Shown: positions 1-14,254, numbered from the stretch's first letter. The stretch: DNA of 64,000 nt from Eledone cirrhosa (GCA_964016885.1 OZ024750.1:12834001-12898000), one strand, 5' to 3'. Numbers and translations are program-made. The notes: generated by a model from the letters alone, not told the origin.

Positions 1-36
1 TACATTAAGGAAGTTTCTATATGTGTGTATATATAC

Positions 37-81
<45 letters not shown>

Positions 82-129
82 TTGTAAATACACAGGCCGC
101 AACCATCACTACCTCAATAATATATTTTT

Positions 130-640
130 AGACAATGTGGGAGAATGCTTTCTGACATTCAGAATCCCAGGTACAAGCCATCTCATGGTTCTAGTGAACA
201 GAATAGAGAGAGGTATTACTCTGGAGGTATTTATCTATTTATCTGTCAAATCTACATCTCTTTATAATTGTTACCCCTCTGTTCCACCTCTTCCAGAACA
301 GCCACTGCTTTCCCCTTATAGCATAACAAAGAGAAGAAAAACAAAACAAAACAAAAATTACACACACATATGTACCCTAGTTGAAAGGAGTCTAACCCAG
401 TTTTTAGAATAAGTTTAACCTTCAGGTATTTTTAGTCTCTAAACCATCTTTCTACTCACTATGATTGTGACAGAGTTAACCAGCCACAGGAATATGCTCT
501 GCCATTTAGAATGGATCTTTAAGAGCATGTCCTTCACTATCCCCTGGCATAATTCTTTCTCTATTCTCAGCACTAAGACTGTGAGGTTGGCATACACCTT
601 AAGTTCTGCATGACAAAGAGGAAGAGTGGACAACAATAGG
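130..640 (-). mobile_element. Highly decayed LINE RT fragment (RTE-like)
   Basis: Residual EL..YA and GLE.K.LKVN..KT-like words on the minus strand. Confidence 0.4.
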
Positions 641-1927
641 GGTGGGTGGGTTGGAACAACTTTTCATCAACTGGTTGGTCACTACATAAAATAAAAGTAC
701 CAGTCAAGTACTGGGGTCGATTCTTCCTCTATATCTCTTTCTCCCTTCCATTCTCCCCCTCTCTCTATCCTTCTCTGATAGAAATAATCTGTATTGAGAC
801 CTGGAGAGGAGATGGACACCTCTACAACTCCTCCAGAAGTCACGGGACCACACATTCACTATCCACATATATTCCTTAAACTCCCCTGTCAATATATTAT
901 GTTAATTTGTACGCCACTAACATAATTATTATCATCGTCATTATACGGTGGATTGGAAGTATCGGACGCCATGCTTTGAAGCATAGAGTTACCCTCCTTT
1001 CTGGTCTGAGTTCAAATCCCGTTGAGGTAAACTTTGCCTTTCATCCTTACGGGGTCGATAAAATAAAGTACCAGTAATACCCTGGCATAATTGCTGGCCT
1101 TGTGCCTAAAGTAGAAACAATTATTATCATTGTCATCACTACCATTGATTCAACAAAGGTGAGAGTAACAGTTCTGATCCTTTATAAAGAATGGGTTTGT
1201 TTGCATCTTTGGAAATATTTGCTACACCTAATAAGATCATAACATTTCTTTACTCCAATGACAGAAGCAGAAGGTTCTTAACATTCCAAATTCATGACTC
1301 AAGTTTTAAGTCTATGGAAACAGCATTAAATTATTCATTAACATATCCCTTTACCCATTAAATATTAGGTGTGGGGGGGTAGTGGTGGTGGTGGTGGTGA
1401 TTGTATTGGTGGTGGTAGTTGTGTTAGCGATGGTGGTTGTGGTGGTTATGGTGTTGTGGTGGTTATGGTGCTGGTAGTGGTGGTGGTGGTGGTGGCTAAG
1501 GTAGTTTTGTCCCTCAATAACTTCTAAAGTCACTTCAATTTACATTTTTCCTTCAATGAAACTTATCCACTGGATTTCTACAACATGAATTAATAGAAAT
1601 CCCGTATGTTGTTCCAAACCATTAGCTTTCTCTGCTTACAATACAGTATCACTTTCCACTATTAGAATATAACATCACATTTCTTATATAAGTATCATAT
1701 AACATGTATAATGAGTAAATGCTAACAGAAATAGCTCTCTAAATATCTGCAGCCACTATAGATGTTCAACATTGTTTGAACATTGGAACCAGTAACTGTA
1801 TTATTAGGTAGATTTTATATATATTTATATATATATACACATATATATATATATGTATATATTTATATATATATACACATATATATATATATGTATATAT
1901 GTATATGTGTATATATATATATATTTA

Positions 1928-1980
<53 letters not shown>

Positions 1981-1994
1981 GTATATGTATATAT

Positions 1995-2044
<50 letters not shown>

Positions 2045-2048
2045 GTAT

Positions 2049-2192
2049 AGCGAGGGAAAAGTGGTAAGGAACCAGGTGAACCATAACGCACCAAAGTACT
2101 CAATACTTAGGGTAGTAGAGTGGGTAATAGGAGTAAGTAAGACCCCGACGGCTGAGCTCAAGCCGTTTCGACGGCTAATTCTGTACTGGATG
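2049..2192 (-). mobile_element. Small TA-embedded element with the 3' half of a hammerhead; second copy at ~2907-3059
   Basis: Near-identical to 2912-3025. Minus strand reads GAA-ACGGCT-TGAGCTC-AGCCGT-C (GUC triplet). Confidence 0.55.
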
Positions 2193-2247
<55 letters not shown>

Positions 2248-2351
2248 ATATGTATATATGTATATATATATATATATATATATACAATATATATATATAT
2301 ATATATATACAATATATTAATAAATGGAAACTATATTTATAAAACCATATT

Positions 2352-2407
2352 TATTTTATTATATATATTTCAAGGGGGACCAAGGTGCGCTTTCATCAGA
2401 TAAAATA
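2352..2407 (-). ncRNA. Minimal type I hammerhead ribozyme motif
   Basis: TATTTTAT-CTGATGA-AAG...CTT-GAA-ATATATAT-A-ATAAAATA. 8-bp stem I and a palindromic stem III. Confidence 0.7.
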
Positions 2408-3724
2408 CAGATTTGTTTTATAAATAAATATTGACATACCCGGAAAGAAGACAACCTCGACGGTTGAAATTCGCTGGATAGCTTTAAGTTTGTTGAAACC
2501 CAACAAATTAAATATAACCTCTGCATATATATATATATATGGAGGCACATGGCTTAGTGGTTAGAGCATTGGCCTTGCAATCGAAAGGTTGTGAGTTCAA
2601 TTCTCAGACCGGGTGATGTGTTGTTTCCTTGAGCAAGACACTTTATTTCACATTGCTCCAGTTTACTCAGCTGTAGAAATGAGATGATAGGGACTGAGGT
2701 CCCTATCATTCCACTGCAGAGTGGTCATGGAGGTGCCACGGCAAAAAAGCACCCAGCACTCACTGTAAATGAGGTTGGTGTTAGGAAGGGCATCCAGCTG
2801 TAGAAATCAAGCCAGAATCAGTTCCCATCCCACCCTTGCAAGCAGGGAAAAGCGGACGTAAAATGAAATGATGATGATGATGCATATATATATATATATA
2901 TATATATAACGGAGGAAATGTGGTAAGGAACCAGGTGGACCATAACGCACCAAAGTACTCAATACTTAGGGTAGTAGAGTGGGTAATAGGAACGAGTAAG
3001 ACCCCGATGGCTGAGCTCAAGCCGTTGAGCTCAGCCGTCGGGGTCTTACTCGTTCCTATATATATATATATATTATATATATATTACATAAAAACGTTTA
3101 TAATATCATATATAATAGAAAGTTGGGATTGCTACTGCTATAAGCCAGAATAGTTACCAACAACTCACCATTATTATTTTCACAGCTGTTGCTGGTAGGA
3201 AAATTACCTATTGCATTTACTAACATTCCTCCACCCACCCCCACCAACAACACTCCAAATGTTAGAAATCTTCTACAGTGTTCTACAGTACCGAAATATG
3301 TAATTCTAGACTGATTATTAACTTAGATCCTGCTTAGAACTAAATACCTAAGAAGTATGCTACAGAAATTTTGTAATTCTTTCTGTAACCATTTTCATAT
3401 TAAATATCAAGTAATTATATAATGAAGACGTGCTTGATGTGTTTATATTGTTAACCCACTTTCACTGATATTTGGTTACATGATCAGTTAGAAACCGGTC
3501 TTTAATCCTACACTGCTGTAAATAGTTTGGCATTTAACCAGGTTAACCTTTGACCTAACTTTGACCTACATATTCGTGCAACATTAATTAGAATAATTTT
3601 ATTGTTTTAGATCAGTGGCTTTAGATAAACTGTGGCCCATGGGCCACATATGGTCATCTGATATGTTTACTCTCAGAATATGACAATCTCTCCATCTCAT
3701 GCCAGTGTGGAGCACAGACATAAA

Positions 3725-3900
3725 ATTATGGTTATGATGATGATGATAATGACAATGATGATGATAACGATGATGATGATGATGATGATAGTGATGATAA
3801 TGATAGTGATGATGAGGATTATGATGATGATGATAGTGATGATGATAATGATGAAGATTATGATGATGATAATGGTAATTATGATGATGATCGTAATAAT
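3725..3900. repeat. (ATG)n microsatellite
   Basis: Directly visible in the sequence. Confidence 0.95.
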
Positions 3901-6900
3901 AAAATTTCACCAGAGATAGATTAGCAAAATTTAATAAGTGTTTTTTTTTTAGAGGAGGGGGGGGGGGGTAACAGCAGAGGGGTAGGAAAAAAATTTGAAA
4001 AATTAATAAGCGCTAGGGGTGGGGTGGGGATTATTCAAGACCTGAAAGTAATTGAAATAATTATTGTAACAATAACAGTATTTTTCCTTATTCCACTATG
4101 GTAAAAAAAAAATCTTATTAATTTTCAAATGATGACTATTTAATTAAAATTATATGCTGAGGTGAAAAGTTAAAACAATTTCGAAATACTTCTTAGAATA
4201 CAAGCCATGTTTGCAGGGTATGCAAATATAAAAATAATTATTTGTTATTAAGTTATGTTTGATCAGTGTTATAAATGACCACTGACCACACACATGAGAC
4301 AGAGACAGAACCTCTAAATTAGGCCTTGCCAATATTTTTTCTTGTAGCTTTGAGATATCTCTCATCATAAATTTGACTACACAGCTACAAGAATAATTTA
4401 ACAAAATATTGGATGTAGAAGAGAAACACAAAAAATAAAATCATATATTAAACTAAATAGATTAAAAAAAAAATTGAATGAGAAAGTGTGAGTGAATGAG
4501 AGAGAGAGAGAGGAGGAGAGAGGAAGGGGAAGAAAGAGAGAGGTAGATGGAGGGAGAGAGTGAGGGAGGGAGAGAGAGAGAGAGAGAGCAAGAGAGAGAG
4601 AGAGCGAGGGAGAGAGAGCAAGGGAAACGAAGAGAGAGACAAAGAAAATGGTTTAAATTAACAGAGCCAGACCTAAATATTATGTTACAAACTTTTAGTA
4701 AAAACTTATGATTACATAATCATAAGTTTATATGTGAGTTTATATATAAAAAAAGCCATAAAAGTCAGATGGAGCTCTCGGTGTTGTAATTGCTTCCACC
4801 TGCATTGTATGGTTATTAAACCAGCTAAAAATAGCAGCCAAATCTCCTGCATACCACACCACACCGTTGTTAAAGAATAATGAAGGTTAGGTTACAATAA
4901 TGAAGGTGACAATGAATAATGTAATCCCAGATACACTATGTCTATAATTTCTTTTTTTAAAACTGATCATAGTTGGAATACATTGGATCATAGGATTGCT
5001 TGATTAGAATTAATGTGAAGCTAAACAGCAACAATAATAAATCGAAAACTAGGTACATCAAGAATTTTAAGCAAAATCTTCCCAACTCTTGTATACTTCA
5101 TGCCACTTAATATGAAATAAAATAAAAATGATTCTCATTAGGATATTCTTGTAAGTTCAGTTTTATTTTAATATAAAAATCATTGACATTTTTCACCACA
5201 CAAAAGACTTCATTATTATTATTATTATACAGAAACAATTATACAGTAGAAACAATTATTATTATTATTATACAGATTTCAAAAGATACTTGCAATTCTA
5301 ATATCGAGAAAATAAAAATGAAAGAAACCCCCTCCCCTTTTTTTTTATGAAAGCATAAAAAATTCCAAAATCCAAAATCAATTCTTCAGAGACAATACTG
5401 GACTGAGCAACATATTTTAAAGCAATATTCAAAGTCAAAACAAAGACATGAAGTTATTACATAAGATATATAATGTTTCAGACTATTAGCCTCATCTTTT
5501 GAAGTAAATAATGATACATTTTCATTTATACTACTTTTCAATTAATTTTATCGTTCATCAACATCAGATGTCATTCCCAAATACCTGACTGGATTTTGAA
5601 CTTGGAACTTTCATTTCTAAACTAGAGGTATATTAGAAATAAAAGTTTTGCGATCAAATCCAAAAGATTACTATCTACATATCAAATAATATGGACTGGA
5701 AAAGAATAGACCTCCATTGGTCTTGATGATGGGTCTTGCAGTTGTTTGATTAATGGAACAGCCTGGTCATCAAATTATTATGTAAATGGTTGGAGATTCC
5801 ACAGATACATACACCCATAACATAATTCTCAGGGAGATTCGGCATGACACAGGCTGTGTGGCAAGGCTGATCTTTGAATTACAAGTACAGCTCATCCAAC
5901 AGGCTTCCAAATAGCTTCTATCTACCAAATCTCTGTTACAAGACAGGAGTTGATTCTTCCTCATTAGGCGACTTGGCGGGATCATTACACCACAGACCCA
6001 ATATGTCACATAATGAGACCAGATTCATTCTGTCACACAGTGGGATCAAACTCAGTACCTAATGATTACAAAGCAAACTGCTTCACTAGTTGGCTATGCT
6101 GTGTACACTGTCCAACTAGCCATGAATAAGACACCTGATGTTGATAAGAAAAAACAATGAAAATCTAATTTATTTGTAGATATTAGAAAACTTTAAAGAT
6201 AAGGTTAATAACCTGAAACATTAGAATCTATTGATAGTCAGACGTAGATATTTAAGCTATTACATATATATATATATACACATTTGTTCAGCTGCAAGCT
6301 ACAATACAGAGATATAAGTTAATAGCACATAGTATAGTTTTAATGCTGACCAATGCTTGTATTAGTTTAAGTTTTAAGCATTTATAAGACGATTCCAAAA
6401 CCGTATTATATTCCCTGTTAAGTAAATTGTTATGAAATATTATTCAACAGAAGATACTGACTTATTTATATTTATATTCATATTATGTTTTCATGAATAA
6501 TGATTTCAGATTTAGGCACAAGGCCAGCAATTTTTAAAGGAAGGGAAAGTTGATTAAATCGACCCCAGTACACGACTGGTACTTTATTTTATCGATCCCG
6601 TAAGGATGAAAGTCAAAGCTTGGCTGGATTTGAACTCAGAACATAAAGGGACATAACTACATGCCACAAAGCATGGTGTCCAACGCTCTACCGACACTGC
6701 CAATCCACCACTCTACAATACTGCCAATCCCTCATGAATAATGAGAATAATCCGTTTCACTTTTGATAAAATAATTTTGATAGAAATAAAACTTTTTAAA
6801 TCTTTCATTTTCATTTGTTACTGAGAATTGATATTAAATTTTAGATTGTGATACTGGAATATCTTTCAAAACTGCCAAAAGTTTATGTATTTTAAATATG

Positions 6901-9900
6901 AAGAGTGATAAAATCTGGATAGGAACTATAAATAATTCTAACAGTAAAAAATAAAGGAGGATATATGAATATAGTTGAAAGTGTAAGAAATAATTGAAGT
7001 TCAGTGAAGAAAATAACTGAAAATTGAAGTTAGGATGGGTTGTCATAAAAACTAAAATAAGGCTAAAAAAAGGTGATGGATTGTTGAAATCTAAGAAAAA
7101 GGGTGAGAAATGGAAGTTGTGACTTAAGTGAAATGAAATAATTTTTTTTTAAAATTACATTTTGTCTATTTGTTTAAGTATGCAATAAGAAGGGAAATAA
7201 CTTTTAAAGCAATGTTTAAAAAAATTGTTTTTGATAACTTTACTAACATTAAATAAATGAAAGTAAATTTTGAAATATTGATATGAAAACGATTAAAATG
7301 AGAAAGTGTGTGAGCATATATGTGTTGTTTATATATGAATGTTGTGTATGTATGGATATTGGGTATTGTTTATGTATGTGTGTGTATCTAAGTGCATATA
7401 TAGATAAATTGATAATCAACAAACGTTACAATAAATACTTTCACATCAGGATAAGTTTTTTTTTCAGAAAAAAAAAAAAATGAATGTATTTGAATATTTT
7501 AATCTTTAGATCATATATATACAGCAGATTGCAGTTCAAATCTGGATTTAACAAAAACTTTCTGTTTATAAATTAGTTCTTAATAGGTAAATGTCATATT
7601 TAATGGTAGTATTAATGCTTTATATCTTGCTGCTATAAAAATATTTTCTTTAATAATTGTTTCTACTTTTGGCACAAGGCCAGCAATTACCCAGTGCATT
7701 ACTGGTACTTTATTTTATCGACGCCGTAAGGATGAAAGCCAAAGTTAACCTAGGTGGAGTTTGAACTCAGATCATAAAGGGAGGTAACTCTATGCTTCAA
7801 AGCAGGACATCTGACCCTCTACCGATACTGCCAATCCACTGAATTTAGTAGAAGGCCAACAATTTTGGGAGAGAGAAAAGTTAATTAAATCAACTAGTGC
7901 ATTACTGATACTTTATTTTATTGACCCCGTAAGGTACTATCTTATAAATTTGGGAGAAAGCATGTATGAAATTTAATTGATCTCAGTACTTTTTGTTTAT
8001 ATTGTTTAGTCAGGGTGAGAGCAGTTCTCAAGACACTTTTTAGGGCCTTTGGGGCTGATTCATATGCACACACACACGCACACACACACACACAGACACA
8101 CATGTACACAGACACAATTACATATATGATATCATGATTTATAATGAGATATGTTTTGTTTAATTCATTTTATAGTTTTCTAAGTTTAATTTGTAATATA
8201 TTTATAAGTTTATAGGGGTGCAGGCATGGCTGTGTGGTTAAGGAATTTGTTTTGCAGCCATCAGGTTTTAGGCTTTATCCCTTTCGATGGTACTTTGGGG
8301 ATCTTTGATTGTTTTGCCTCATATATAAACTTGCTTTTATGATATTTATAAAGTTATATAGAATTCAAATGTTTAATTCAAGAATGAAGTTCAATAATTG
8401 TTGATTGTTACTGAGAATGTACTGGTTTTATTGTAACCATTAACCCATTAGCATCTAAACCGGCCGTATCCAGCCAGAATTCTCTCACCTCTTTCTGTTC
8501 AAACCAGTCATAACTGGTTGCTAATACTGGTGTTAGAATATTGTTCTCAAAATAAATAACATCAAATTCTCATAGATTCAATATTATGCGAGATAATTAT
8601 ATAAGATAAAGCATTTACCACAAAAATACAATAGTATATATAGAGTAATGTAAATGTTAAAGGGTTAATTTATACATTTAAAAAAAATCAGACATGTCTT
8701 CTACTATCAGACATTTATAGCAACACTAACATTAAAGAAAACTAAACTAAAAGAACGATAGTGAAACTATTGTTTTAATGTATTTATATATCTTTGAAGG
8801 TTCCTTGGACTACTTACTATTTAATCTCAAGAGGACTCCATACAAATGAGAAACATATATACTTTTATATGTCATTGTAGTCATTAATCCCCAAAATACT
8901 ACTATAGATCATAAACTCCATTTACTTACAACATGCATACTAACTTAGTTTCAACTTGGACATCATGCACTTTAATATCTTCGGGTTGACTTGATAATAA
9001 ATATATCCGTATTGCAGTATACTTGAAATACTAAACTACAACAGATATGCTACTACATTTGTGGTTAGTCAATATTAGAACCTAGTTTATTAAATATTCA
9101 TAGAACATAAGCTGGTAAAATAGCTGATAGATGTTAAACATATATAAATGCATCACTATAAAATGCTGCGACTGAATGTTGAAAATACCTTTTCCTTTTG
9201 GAATAGTTAGATGGCACACTGTATCACCTGTGAAATGGTGGGGGATTATTAATAGTGATTGTTCTTTTTACATTGGCAACAAGCCACAAATTTGTTAAGG
9301 AGAGACGTAGACAATTACATGGAATCAAGTAGATTGAAGGTATTTAAAACCCAAGGGTAACAAAGCTAGTTTTAACAGTGGTGGAATTTGAACTTAGAAA
9401 TGGAATGGATAAAGCTAAATATCAACGTATGTTGGTATTTAGTCTGTGTTCTACATTCTCTGCAATTCCACTACCATTGTGAATAGAAATAAGAGGCACA
9501 CAGTTCCACATGAAGGTTATAGCTGATTAAATCATTTCTCCAGTACTTGACTGCTGCTTATTCTATTAAGCCTCAGATGGATAAACAGTAAAGGCGACTC
9601 AGATGGAATTTGATCTCAAAACATAAAAAGATGTAACCAGATATTGTACTTTACCAATTTTCATCTGGCATCTTACCAATTCTGCAGCCTGCCACCTTTT
9701 ATTACAGATACTATTACATCAATCTAAAGCAGATGTAACTTCTATATACATCATCAATGGGAAGATCAGTGTTGATGATGTAAAACAATGAATAAATCAG
9801 ACATGATTGAAGTGAAAGAGCTCAACTGTATTTGAACTGAGTCGCTGATTCAGTTGTAAGCTCACCTTTTGATCTTAGGTATATTACACTTTACAAACAT

Positions 9901-9913
9901 GTGTGTGTATATT

Positions 9914-9954
9914 TTAGAATTCTATTCCGTCATTGCTTTCATTCAGTTGACAAA
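9914..9954 (-). CDS. Candidate terminal coding exon
   Basis: ttgttctag acceptor in phase 1 giving VCQLNESNDGIEF-stop. A competing acceptor exists at 9227, so the gene end is uncertain. Confidence 0.35.
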
Positions 9955-10191
9955 CTAGAACAATAGCTTCAAAGGTATAATTAATTACAATTATATCTAT
10001 TTCATTATCATCATCATCATCATCATTTTACGTCCGCTGATGATGATGATGATGACTACTAATCTTTCTGACTTCACAATGATGAATGATATGCAAATTT
10101 GACCAAGGTGAAATTTGAATTCAGAGCATGAATGAAAGTAACCAAATACCACAATGTATTAAGATATTTTACCCAATGTCCTACCAAGTCA

Positions 10192-10241
<50 letters not shown>

Positions 10242-10284
10242 TAACAAATAAATGGTTTATCGTTCTACATGGCTGAATACAATA

Positions 10285-10483
10285 AATCTAATCTGATTTT
10301 TCCAAAAATTAATAACAATATTCGATTCATTTGCAATTACGCAAACAGCCTCTGTTGTCATGCCAACACAAGAGCAAGAATGACGGGGTTATTCTACTGA
10401 CATGGCTTTTAAAGAAGCTGTTTGCATAATTGCAAACGAATCGAATATTATTATTAATATTCGAAAAATTCAGATTACATTTA
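10285..10483. mobile_element. Fold-back MITE-like element with ~65-bp imperfect inverted arms; partial copy at ~30668-30793
   Basis: taatctgatttt...attcgattcatttgcaattacgcaaacagc pairs with gctgtttgcataattgcaaacgaatcgaat...tcagatta. Confidence 0.65.
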
Positions 10484-11171
10484 TCATCATCATCACATCA
10501 TCACCGTTTTACGTCCGTTCTTCCACGCTAGCATGGGTTAGACGGGTTGTCCTGTTGTGGGCAGTGTCTGGTCGGCTGACCATGCCTTGCTCATACAGGA
10601 ACTGATCTGGCTTGATTTCTACAGCTGGATGCCCTTCCTAACACCAACCTCATTTACAGTGAGTGCTGGGTGCTTTTTCGTGGCGCCTACACGTCCACTT
10701 TACAGTGTGGGCTGGGTGCTTTTTTGCCGTGGCACCTCCACGACCACCTTGCGGTGGGGGGGGGGGGCATATTGTTTATATGCTTCAGCATGTACCCATG
10801 GGAGGTCGGGTACCCTGTATTACTGCGTGACGCCAGAAGTCACGGTCGTGTGTCATTGACTTTGAGAGGTGTAGTTGGGTAAGGTCGGCTTTTATCACCT
10901 CATCCCAAGTCATCTTGGGTCTCCCCACTCCGCGGTTTCCATCAACTTCTAGTGCTCTGCACCTTTTTATGCAGCTGTCATCCTTCATACGCATCACATG
11001 TCCATACCAGCGTAACCGCCTCTCCTGCACGCAGCATTTGATTCCTCTTATGCTCAGTCTCTCTCTCAATTCATTTATGCTTTGTCGTTCACGTATATTA
11101 CTGTTACACATCCATCGGAGCATGCAGGCTTCGTTTCTCTCTAATCTACGTAAGTCTTCCACCTTCAGCAT
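10484..11171 (-). mobile_element. 5'-truncated RTE-clade LINE with 3' UTR and (TGA)n tail
   Basis: ORF contains RRLERNEACMLRWMC...RRLRWYGHVMRM...RGVGRPKMTW, an RTE C-terminus. Confidence 0.9.
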
Positions 11172-11213
11172 ATATATAAACCTCCTCTCTCTCTCTCCCT
11201 CTGTGATTTATTT

Positions 11214-11249
11214 TTTCCTGATGAAGGACTAATGTCCGATACATTGAAA
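11214..11249 (+). ncRNA. Decayed minimal hammerhead-like motif
   Basis: TTTC-CTGATGA-A-GGAC-TAAT-GTCC-GATACATT-GAAA. Differs from GAAACGTT at two positions. Confidence 0.35.
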
Positions 11250-11550
11250 CGTTTGTTTTGCTCTACTATAAAGTGTGAAACTAATAAGAGTTTGTGTCAT
11301 TATTCTTCATATGTGCATTCCTTTGAACTTGAGCTATATATATATATATAATTCTTTATATTGTTTTTTCACACCATGAAAACAATGTTTTTAATAACAC
11401 CCTGTTTGTCTTTTCTTACCATTAACTTGTAGCAAAACCTTTTATTATTAGTAATGGAAGCTGTTCTATTTTCTTCATATATTTTAAAATATCCCATAAT
11501 CCTATGTAAGATTTTATCCATTGAAAATACAAAAAATGAAGATTACTTAC

Positions 11551-11624
11551 CCTGCAGCTTGGATTTATCTTCATCTGTACTTTGGGACCTTCTTATTGCA
11601 GGGCCTTTCATTTTGTTGTATTCC
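11551..11624 (-). CDS. C-terminal tail exon
   Basis: aatcag|G to G|gtaagt, phase 2-1. Encodes EYNKMKGPAIRRSQSTDEDKSKLQ. Confidence 0.82.
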
Positions 11625-12114
11625 CTGATTAAAGACATTTAAAAAATATTTACTAGGTTTAGAACAGAAAATATTTAAAAAATTGATCTTAAGGAAAATC
11701 TCTAAAGTGATAACATGCACTCTGTATAGGGGTGTACAGTGGAGATGTATGGCCTAGTGGTAAGGGTGTTGGACTTATGATCATAATGCTGTAGGTTCAA
11801 TTTCTGGACTGAGTTGTGTGTTGTGTTCTAGAACCAAACACTTCATTTCACATTGCTCCAGTATACTCAGCTTAAAATAAGTAACAGAAATAGCTGGGGG
11901 TTTAACCCTGCAATGGACTGGTGTCCTTTTCAGTGGGGTACCTTGTACTCTCAGTCACTTCATGCCATGAAAATCAAGATAAGCACCAGCCTAATAGACC
12001 TGAGACAGAGACAGACTCAGCATAGGTTGTAAAGTGGCAGTAGTGGTACCATGATAACATGTAGCCAGCAACTGAAAATCCTGTAATTGTGAAACAAACA
12101 TAACTACTCAGCCA

Positions 12115-12408
12115 TGTGTGTGTGTGTGTGAGAGTGTGTGAGAGTGTGTGTGTGTGTGTGTGTATGTGTGTGTGTGGGAGAGTGTGTGGGAGAGTGTGTG
12201 TGTGTGTGTGTGTGAGTGTGTGTGAGTGTGTGAGAGTGTGTGAGAGTGTGAGAGTGTGTGTGTGTGTGAGTGTGTGAGTGTGTGAGTGTGTGAGTGTGTG
12301 AGAGTGTGAGAGTGTGTGTGTGTGTGTGTGTATGTGTGTGTGTGGGAGAGTGTGTGGGAGAGTGTGTGTGAGTGTGTGAGTGAGTGTGTGTGAGTGTGTG
12401 AGAGTGTG

Positions 12409-12458
<50 letters not shown>

Positions 12459-12472
12459 CGTGTGTGTGCGTG
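12115..12472. repeat. (GT)n/(GA)n compound microsatellite
   Basis: Directly visible in the sequence. Confidence 0.97.
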
Positions 12473-12777
12473 TCTCAGTTGCTGTGAGTTTTAGCATATT
12501 ATATTGGTAATTGTTGTCAATTCCAGAACAATGAAAGTCAATATTAGCACTGATACAATTATAATACAAGGATGACAGTTTAACACTTTTCATTGAATTC
12601 AATGAGAATGGAACATGATTAGTTTAACAATGTCACATGACATGTATAAACTACTTCCTTTCCTTTGTGTATTTAGAAGTCTGAGAAATATGTTGCGTGA
12701 AAAGTTCTCTAATGAGATTCCAAATGATACTCATGTTTCAGGGTCAATAAGTGTTCAATAGAAATTCAATAATTTAC

Positions 12778-12982
12778 CTTTCGTATCCTTTTTTGCTTTT
12801 CTTGTTGATTGTAATTGCACAGGAAGTTTCGATGATGCCAAACACATTAGCAGCACGGACGAAATATTCACCACGATCAGTGATCATTACAGATGGAATT
12901 TCAAGAGTCTGCAGGGTTCCGTAAGCTATAATACGGTGACGAGCATCATAGGTAAGTTGCCGAACACCTTTCTGCCAGGTAA
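12778..12982 (-). CDS. Post-kinase Ig6, C-terminal part
   Basis: Phase 1-2. Encodes TWQKGVRQLTYDARHRYIAYGTLQTLEIPSVMITDRGEYFVRAANVFGIIETSCAITINKKSKKGYE. Confidence 0.93.
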
Positions 12983-13566
12983 CTGTAAGTAAAGGTTAAA
13001 ATAAATGAAGCATAAAGTTAAACGAGATCAGTAAAAATCTCTTAGATCTTTATTATCCCCAAATAAAATATTGATTTATTTATGGGAGATGGTAAATTCT
13101 TTGAATTTACCATCTCCTGTACATAGTTCTGCTTTTGAGTTAATCACATGGCTGGTTGTGTGACTAGGGAATGGTTGAACATGTGATTTAAGAATCGATT
13201 TAATACAGATAAATACAGTGTGTCCACAGGATCCTGTTGCTCATTTGTGTATTAAATTAGTGATTATAATATTTAGTATCAACTAATGAACTTCATTACT
13301 TCAATATTTCTTGAATCAATGAGAAAATAAAATATAATAAACTGAATAGTCATTTTCTCTTCTTGGTGAAGTTTTAAAATCATTAAATAACGGCTGTTAT
13401 ATATATCTCAGAGTCATTAGACAATAGGTGAAGTAAGTGATATGGCTCAATCAATAACTTCCATCCTGGAGTCTGCATATCACCTACTTTATGAAATCCC
13501 ATCTGATTATATGTTAGACTTAGGTAACTGTAATTTAACCCCTCTGAAATGTACATAACAGTTGTT

Positions 13567-13794
13567 TAACCCTTTAGTGTTCAAACCCGCCAAAACCGGC
13601 CAGAATTCTCTACCTCTTTCTGTTGAAACTGGCTGTAACTGACTGGTCGCTCAAACTGATGTTAAGGCATTGTTTTCAAGATAAATACTTTCAAAATCTC
13701 ATAGATTCGATATTATGAGATAATTATGTGAGGTAAAGCCTTTACCATTAAAATAAAATAGTATATGTAAAATAATGTGATGCTAAAGGGTTAA
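13567..13794. mobile_element. TTAA-flanked (piggyBac-like) MITE; relatives at ~8440-8668 and ~29879-30086; similar ends at ~61445-61746
   Basis: Termini ttaaccctttag...ctaaagggttaa. Shared internal aaaccggccagaattctctacctctttctgtt. Confidence 0.8.
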
Positions 13795-14041
13795 TAAATT
13801 GAAGTTTGAAAATGTAGAACTATCTCTTCATATTTATCAACATACCAATACTCTATTGAATAAAGGTCTACATGATACCAGATCTTACTTAAATAGGTAC
13901 AACTGATGTGGAGTGGCTAAGACTAATAACACTATTATTCATTGATTGCAGTGATAAAATAAAACACGGACTATCAACTGACATCAATATTAAACTTATA
14001 TCAAAATAATATATAAATAAGTTAATAAAAATAATACTTAC

Positions 14042-14254
14042 TGACAGGGGAAGGGTAACCTTCAACTGAACAGTCAAGACGGAGTTTGTCACCTTCATTT
14101 AACTCAACTGTTTTAGGAAGCATCAATGTAAAATAAGGTGGTTGCCCTGGTGTTAACATACGGTCAGCTACATCAAGGTCAGGTATTTTATCATACTTTT
14201 GAAGGCCATAGTTTCTCTCCTGAGAAGCTTGTCGGCTATGTGTATCACCAAAAC
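14042..14254 (-). CDS. Linker plus post-kinase Ig6, N-terminal part
   Basis: tttaag|GT acceptor (an in-frame TAA just upstream forces this site), phase 1-1. Encodes FGDTHSRQASQERNYG...PPYFTLMLPKTVELNEGDKLRLDCSVEGYPSPV. Confidence 0.85.

Noticed and set aside
1783-2342. ORFs of poly-(YI), poly-H, poly-V and (HT)n type here and at ~3.6, 12.1, 25.3 and 43-45 kb
   Set aside because: They are translations of microsatellites.
2541-2612. tRNA genes at A/B-box motifs
   Set aside because: They are heads of multicopy SINEs, with no acceptor stem or cloverleaf.
3169-9227. Further 39-nt phase 1-1 exons at 9189-9227 and 3169-3207 extending the gene
   Set aside because: No domain similarity and one weak splice site each. 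Cannot be separated from chance without transcripts, so the gene end remains uncertain.
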